Below are positions 26,827 through 27,302 of a DNA stretch of 27,302 bases, one piece after another (positions within the stretch are counted from its first letter, which is position 1; every line of letters starts with the position of its first letter). The stretch is taken from the IMG/VR virus record IMGVR_UViG_3300030095_003968, positions 1 to 27,302 of that record. One strand, given 5' to 3'. The stretch is from a virus (lineage: Duplodnaviria; Caudoviricetes). Under the pieces are notes generated by a model that saw only the letters and a list, made by a program, of their open reading frames with translations, did no database searches and was not told where the DNA came from. A program made the translations under genes and the position numbers.

Positions 26827-26901
26827 GTTGAAATACTGAACGCAGTGATGCGTGCAGTATATAGCGTAGGCTGGGAACCTTGCTACTGATGAGACAACCC
26901 A
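26827..26901 (+). ncRNA. Type II hammerhead ribozyme with pseudoknot; predicted cleavage after A26861
   Basis: Core GAAA 26830-26833, UA 26860-26861 and CUGAUGA 26886-26892. Stem III ATACTG/CAGTAT plus ACGCA/TGCGT with GUGA loop. Stem I TAGCG-t-AGG/CCT-TGCTA. Stem II GTT/GAC. Loop I TGGG is complementary to 3' CCCA. Confidence 0.9.
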
Positions 26902-26929
26902 TATAATCGTAAAATAAAGGAAAATAGCG

Positions 26930-27302
26930 ATGAAAAACAAAAAGACAGGTAAGAAGTCAATCAGCGTAGTTGTTGATGTAAAAAATAGTAAAATAGTTAA
27001 AAAATCATTCAATGTAGCTGAGGGTTCTATTATTGATTTACCAATCAGTATGGCTAGCTTAACGCTCAGGGGTGTTATTTTACAGCACAGGGCAACCATA
27101 GACAGCTTGAAACATCTATCTAGTATTATGGAAGAAGAAAATGATAAAGATAGTATGTCAATGTCAGCAATTAGGGCGCTTAAACATATAATCAGAACAA
27201 AGAAACATCGTGATTCGCTTGAGTTGTTGGGTGATATATTTAAAACACATCCTGAACTTGAGGGTTACGCTATAGCATTTAATGACAGTATTACACAAAT
27301 AA
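26930..27302 (+). CDS. Partial hypothetical protein running off the window edge
   Basis: Not in the ORF track. AAGGA SD, ATG at 26930, open to the window end (MKNKKTGKKSISVVVDVKNSKIVKKSFNVAEG...). Confidence 0.75.
   Translation, partial: MKNKKTGKKSISVVVDVKNSKIVKKSFNVAEGSIIDLPISMASLTLRGVILQHRATIDSLKHLSSIMEEENDKDSMSMSAIRALKHIIRTKKHRDSLELLGDIFKTHPELEGYAIAFNDSITQI

Noticed and set aside
25400-27099. ORFs 25400..25690 (-), 25509..25778 (+), 25702..26055 (-) and 26818..27099 (-)
   Set aside because: They overlap better-supported plus-strand genes. The last is antisense to the ribozyme and to the SD-led ORF at 26930.
1-27302. Stop-codon reassignment, tRNA genes, introns/inteins, integrase or transposase
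   Set aside because: Genes tile densely under the standard code with TAA and TAG stops, terL, portal and capsid are of normal length, and I recognised no such elements by eye.

Overview
A fragment of a tailed dsDNA bacteriophage, most likely podovirus-type (short tail, ejected internal proteins). It is AT-rich, uses the standard code and has AGGAG-type Shine-Dalgarno sites. Positions 1-23814 are a tightly coupled minus-strand morphogenesis region, in transcription order: terS, terL, a virion protein, three unannotated basic microproteins, P22-like portal, scaffold, cement-like protein, N4-gp56-type major capsid, adaptor-like ring proteins (one apparently split into two genes), tail nozzle, three putative ejection proteins (the last 2443 aa with cargo domains), small virion proteins and the start of a probable fibre/LamG-type gene. 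A divergent, GC-richer plus-strand module (24049 to the end) encodes a MoxR/CobS-type AAA+ ATPase, a vWA-like partner, a DUF3846-like protein and a partial ORF. The best non-coding signals are: a complete type II hammerhead ribozyme with pseudoknot (26827-26901); a candidate late promoter TGTTAACCRTTA found three times; a strongly over-represented GTTAGCAC motif; and a repeat-rich terS-terL gap that may be the packaging site. All protein calls come from motif recognition by eye plus gene order, not from database searches.
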